NCBI GenBank assembly: GCA_016186825.1
Contig: JACPKW010000001.1
Coordinates: 13,508-77,507, forward strand
Reading direction: 5' to 3'
From: Candidatus Giovannonibacteria bacterium
GTDB taxonomy: Bacteria > Patescibacteriota > Minisyncoccia > JACPKW01 > UBA11713
Length of the DNA: 64,000 nt
Below are positions 61,990 through 64,000 of the stretch, in pieces. The notes under the pieces are model-generated. The model worked only from the letters and a program-made list of their open reading frames with translations. It did not search any database and was not told the origin of the DNA. Numbering within the stretch: position 1 is the stretch's first letter; each line of letters opens with the position of its first letter. The position numbers and the translations under genes were made by a program.

Positions 61990-63501
61990 TTAATATTCCT
62001 CAAGTAGGCGGGTAAGGAGGCGCACCGGAGCGCCGGAGGCGCCCTTGGCAAGAAAATCTCCCTCCGTAGTCGTCATACGCGATGCGATATCTAGATGAAC
62101 CCACGGATAGGCTTCTTCCCCCTCTTTTGAATCTTTCACGAATTGCCACAAAAAGACTGCCGCCGTAATCGCACCGCCCCAGCGGAATTTTCCGATATTC
62201 GCCCAATCACCAAATGTTCCTTTGATATCATCCTCATAATCTTTTGAAAGCGGGAGCGGCCACACCAAATCTCCGGTTTCATCGCCAAGCCGCCGAAACT
62301 CCGCTTCTAATTTTTTATCTGACGTAAAAAGTCCGGTAAAGCGCGGGCCGACTGCAACTGCGGCGGCTCCGGTCAAAGTCGCAACGTCGACAACAAGGCG
62401 CGGATCATATTTTTTTGCATAGTGCAATGCGTCCGCCAAAATTATTCTTCCCTCGGCATCAGTATTCAACACCTCGATTGAAAGCCCCGACATGCTTCGT
62501 AACACATCACCTGGATGATAGCTCGATCCGGAAGGCATATTTTCAACGGCGGGAATCAGACCCACTATATTTTTCTTTAATTTTAAACGCGCAGCCGCGC
62601 AAATTGCATGAATTACGGCAGCGCCGCCCGACATATCCATATGCATTTCATAAATTGCGGTCTCTGGTTTTAAATTTAGTCCGCCCGTATCAAAAGTAAC
62701 ACCCTTCCCGACCAAGACAATCGGCTTTTGGCTTTTTGGGCCGTTAAAATATTCGAGCACGATAAATCTGGGCCGTTCCGCAGATCCCTTCGATACTCCG
62801 AGAACTCCTCCCATTTTTAATTCACGAATTTGTTTTTCTTCAAAGACTGTTATTTTTATTCCGACGCTTTTGGCATCCTTTCGGGCGTGTTCGGCAAGTA
62901 TTTGCGGCGTCATATCGCCGCCCGGAGTATTTGCAAGATAACGCGTATTATTGACCTCTTCTCCAATAATCGATCCCCGCTCAAAGCCCTTTTGAACATC
63001 CCTATCCACACTAGTATAAATTCCCTGAATTTCTTCCAAAAAGCTGAAGCCGTTTGCGGGCTCACTTTTGTATTTCGAAAATTCAAAATTAGCCATGAAG
63101 GCATTGGCGCTAATAACTTCATAAAAATCGCGAGTTTTCTCTTTGCTCCTCACGGGAGAAGCCCAAAATGCAAATTGTTTGATTCGCTCTTTTTTTGCCG
63201 TAATCACGGCAATACGCGTTGCGAGAGCCGCCTTTGGCGATGAAAACTTTTCACGTCTCGAAAGCCCCACTAAAATAATTTTTCGACCCAAGTCGCTTCC
63301 CTCCGAAGGAAGAATCAAGACCTTAGATTCTTTTTCCTTCAAAACAATATTTTTTGAAATGCCCCTTAGGTATTCCTTTTCGGGCAGATCGAGATATTTA
63401 AAAAGCGGCTGGGATGCAATTTCATCCCCCTCAAACATGAAAAAAACAAGAGGAATATGCCTAGGCTTAGGCTCCTTAAAGGCCCTAAAAACGATATTCA
63501 T
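61990..63501 (-). CDS. pepA: leucyl aminopeptidase (M17 family)
   Basis: 503 aa. The M17 signature NTDAEGRIILADAL, with Lys/Asp metal ligands upstream. Confidence 0.85.
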   Translation of the reverse strand: MNIVFRAFKEPKPRHIPLVFFMFEGDEIASQPLFKYLDLPEKEYLRGISKNIVLKEKESKVLILPSEGSDLGRKIILVGLSRREKFSSPKAALATRIAVITAKKERIKQFAFWASPVRSKEKTRDFYEVISANAFMANFEFSKYKSEPANGFSFLEEIQGIYTSVDRDVQKGFERGSIIGEEVNNTRYLANTPGGDMTPQILAEHARKDAKSVGIKITVFEEKQIRELKMGGVLGVSKGSAERPRFIVLEYFNGPKSQKPIVLVGKGVTFDTGGLNLKPETAIYEMHMDMSGGAAVIHAICAAARLKLKKNIVGLIPAVENMPSGSSYHPGDVLRSMSGLSIEVLNTDAEGRIILADALHYAKKYDPRLVVDVATLTGAAAVAVGPRFTGLFTSDKKLEAEFRRLGDETGDLVWPLPLSKDYEDDIKGTFGDWANIGKFRWGGAITAAVFLWQFVKDSKEGEEAYPWVHLDIASRMTTTEGDFLAKGASGAPVRLLTRLLEEY

Positions 63502-63570
63502 ATGGAAAAAATAATAACAGGCTTTTCAAATAATTAAAAGCCGCTCGGAAATTCCAATCAAAAAGAATGG

Positions 63571-63969
63571 CTATGAGATTACGCCGATCACGGGAATACG
63601 CGAGAACCAATTTTGAAGCCCCAAAATTTTTCCTGCTTGCACAGAGGCCAGAAAAAGAAGAGCGGCAGCATATATTATATGCTCATCGACAATATAAGAG
63701 TGCTCGCCAACAATTGGAAACTCCAAAATAGGCAGATAATAAAGGAACATTAAAATTACACCTAGACTTGCGGACAATCTGACTCCGATTCCGAGAATCA
63801 ACGAGACGCCAAGAAGCGCCAAACCCCATTCATTAACTAAATTTACCCAGCCGATGTTTTGGGCCTGCGAAAACCAATTAAAAAGTTCGGGCAATGTTTT
63901 TGCGCCTTTCATATAACTCTCGGCAGTCCAACTCGGATTTAATATCTTTGTGACGCCGGCGTAAAGCAT
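63571..63969 (-). CDS. DoxX-like membrane protein (N-terminus may extend beyond the window)
   Basis: 132 aa, about 4 TM, with a DoxX-like hydrophobic pattern. The ORF opens near the window edge. Confidence 0.45.
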   Translation of the reverse strand: MLYAGVTKILNPSWTAESYMKGAKTLPELFNWFSQAQNIGWVNLVNEWGLALLGVSLILGIGVRLSASLGVILMFLYYLPILEFPIVGEHSYIVDEHIIYAAALLFLASVQAGKILGLQNWFSRIPVIGVIS

Positions 63970-64000
63970 TAACCATCCGAGCGAAACTCTCAGGAAAAAA

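Overview
This window is AT-rich, gene-dense bacterial DNA. It looks like a Candidate Phyla Radiation (Patescibacteria) genome: small versions of conserved proteins (dnaX, dnaE, thrS), many small membrane proteins, two GT39 glycosyltransferases, a sortase, and a 16S rRNA gene interrupted by introns.

Housekeeping genes I can support from motifs: serS, dnaX, dnaE, thrS, miaA, gatB, efp, uppS, acyP, trmD, rpsP plus a KH protein, rpmF, rnc, rnhB, pepA, and three tandem D-Ala-D-Ala-ligase paralogs. RNA genes: tRNA-Gln(UUG), tRNA-Ala(UGC) and tRNA-Ile(GAU), plus a minus-strand 16S rRNA (about 31322-34675). The 16S gene ends at its own intrinsic terminator and has no 23S gene downstream. It carries two intron-like insertions, one encoding a LAGLIDADG homing endonuclease, and a third insertion in the V3 hairpin loop. 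Each insertion carries a small open reading frame preceded by a Shine-Dalgarno sequence.

Several accessory features are not explained by ordinary annotation:
- Two paralogous proteins of about 180 aa with a winged-helix N-terminus and a Cas2/PaaX-C-like C-terminus. One is tightly bracketed by palindromes of the form GGTACCATCTTGG..CGATCG..CCAAGATGGTACC, and that palindrome family recurs elsewhere in the window.
- Two families of GC-rich inverted repeats, each about 80-100 bp. They bound a PDZ-protein gene and, separately, an XRE-HTH/aminotransferase/methyltransferase cassette that ends next to tRNA-Ala.
- A tight operon of three Ddl-like ATP-grasp ligases followed by a polytopic membrane protein, a cupredoxin-like protein and a Rieske protein.
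- An IS200-like tyrosine transposase (a REP-associated tyrosine transposase, RAYT) whose palindromic REP hairpin occurs three times, including in-frame inside the gene.
- A NusB-NUDIX fusion protein.
- A hinge-less short SMC-family ATPase.
- A sortase next to a large acidic and glycine-rich surface protein with a VPYTG sorting signal.
- A GC-rich secreted protein gene preceded by an array of half-site operator repeats.
- A small GC-rich peptide gene driven by a perfect sigma-70 consensus promoter.
- Two candidate leader or non-coding RNAs that end in intrinsic terminators just upstream of genes.

No CRISPR array was seen. Everything here is read from the sequence and from family knowledge; no database search was possible.
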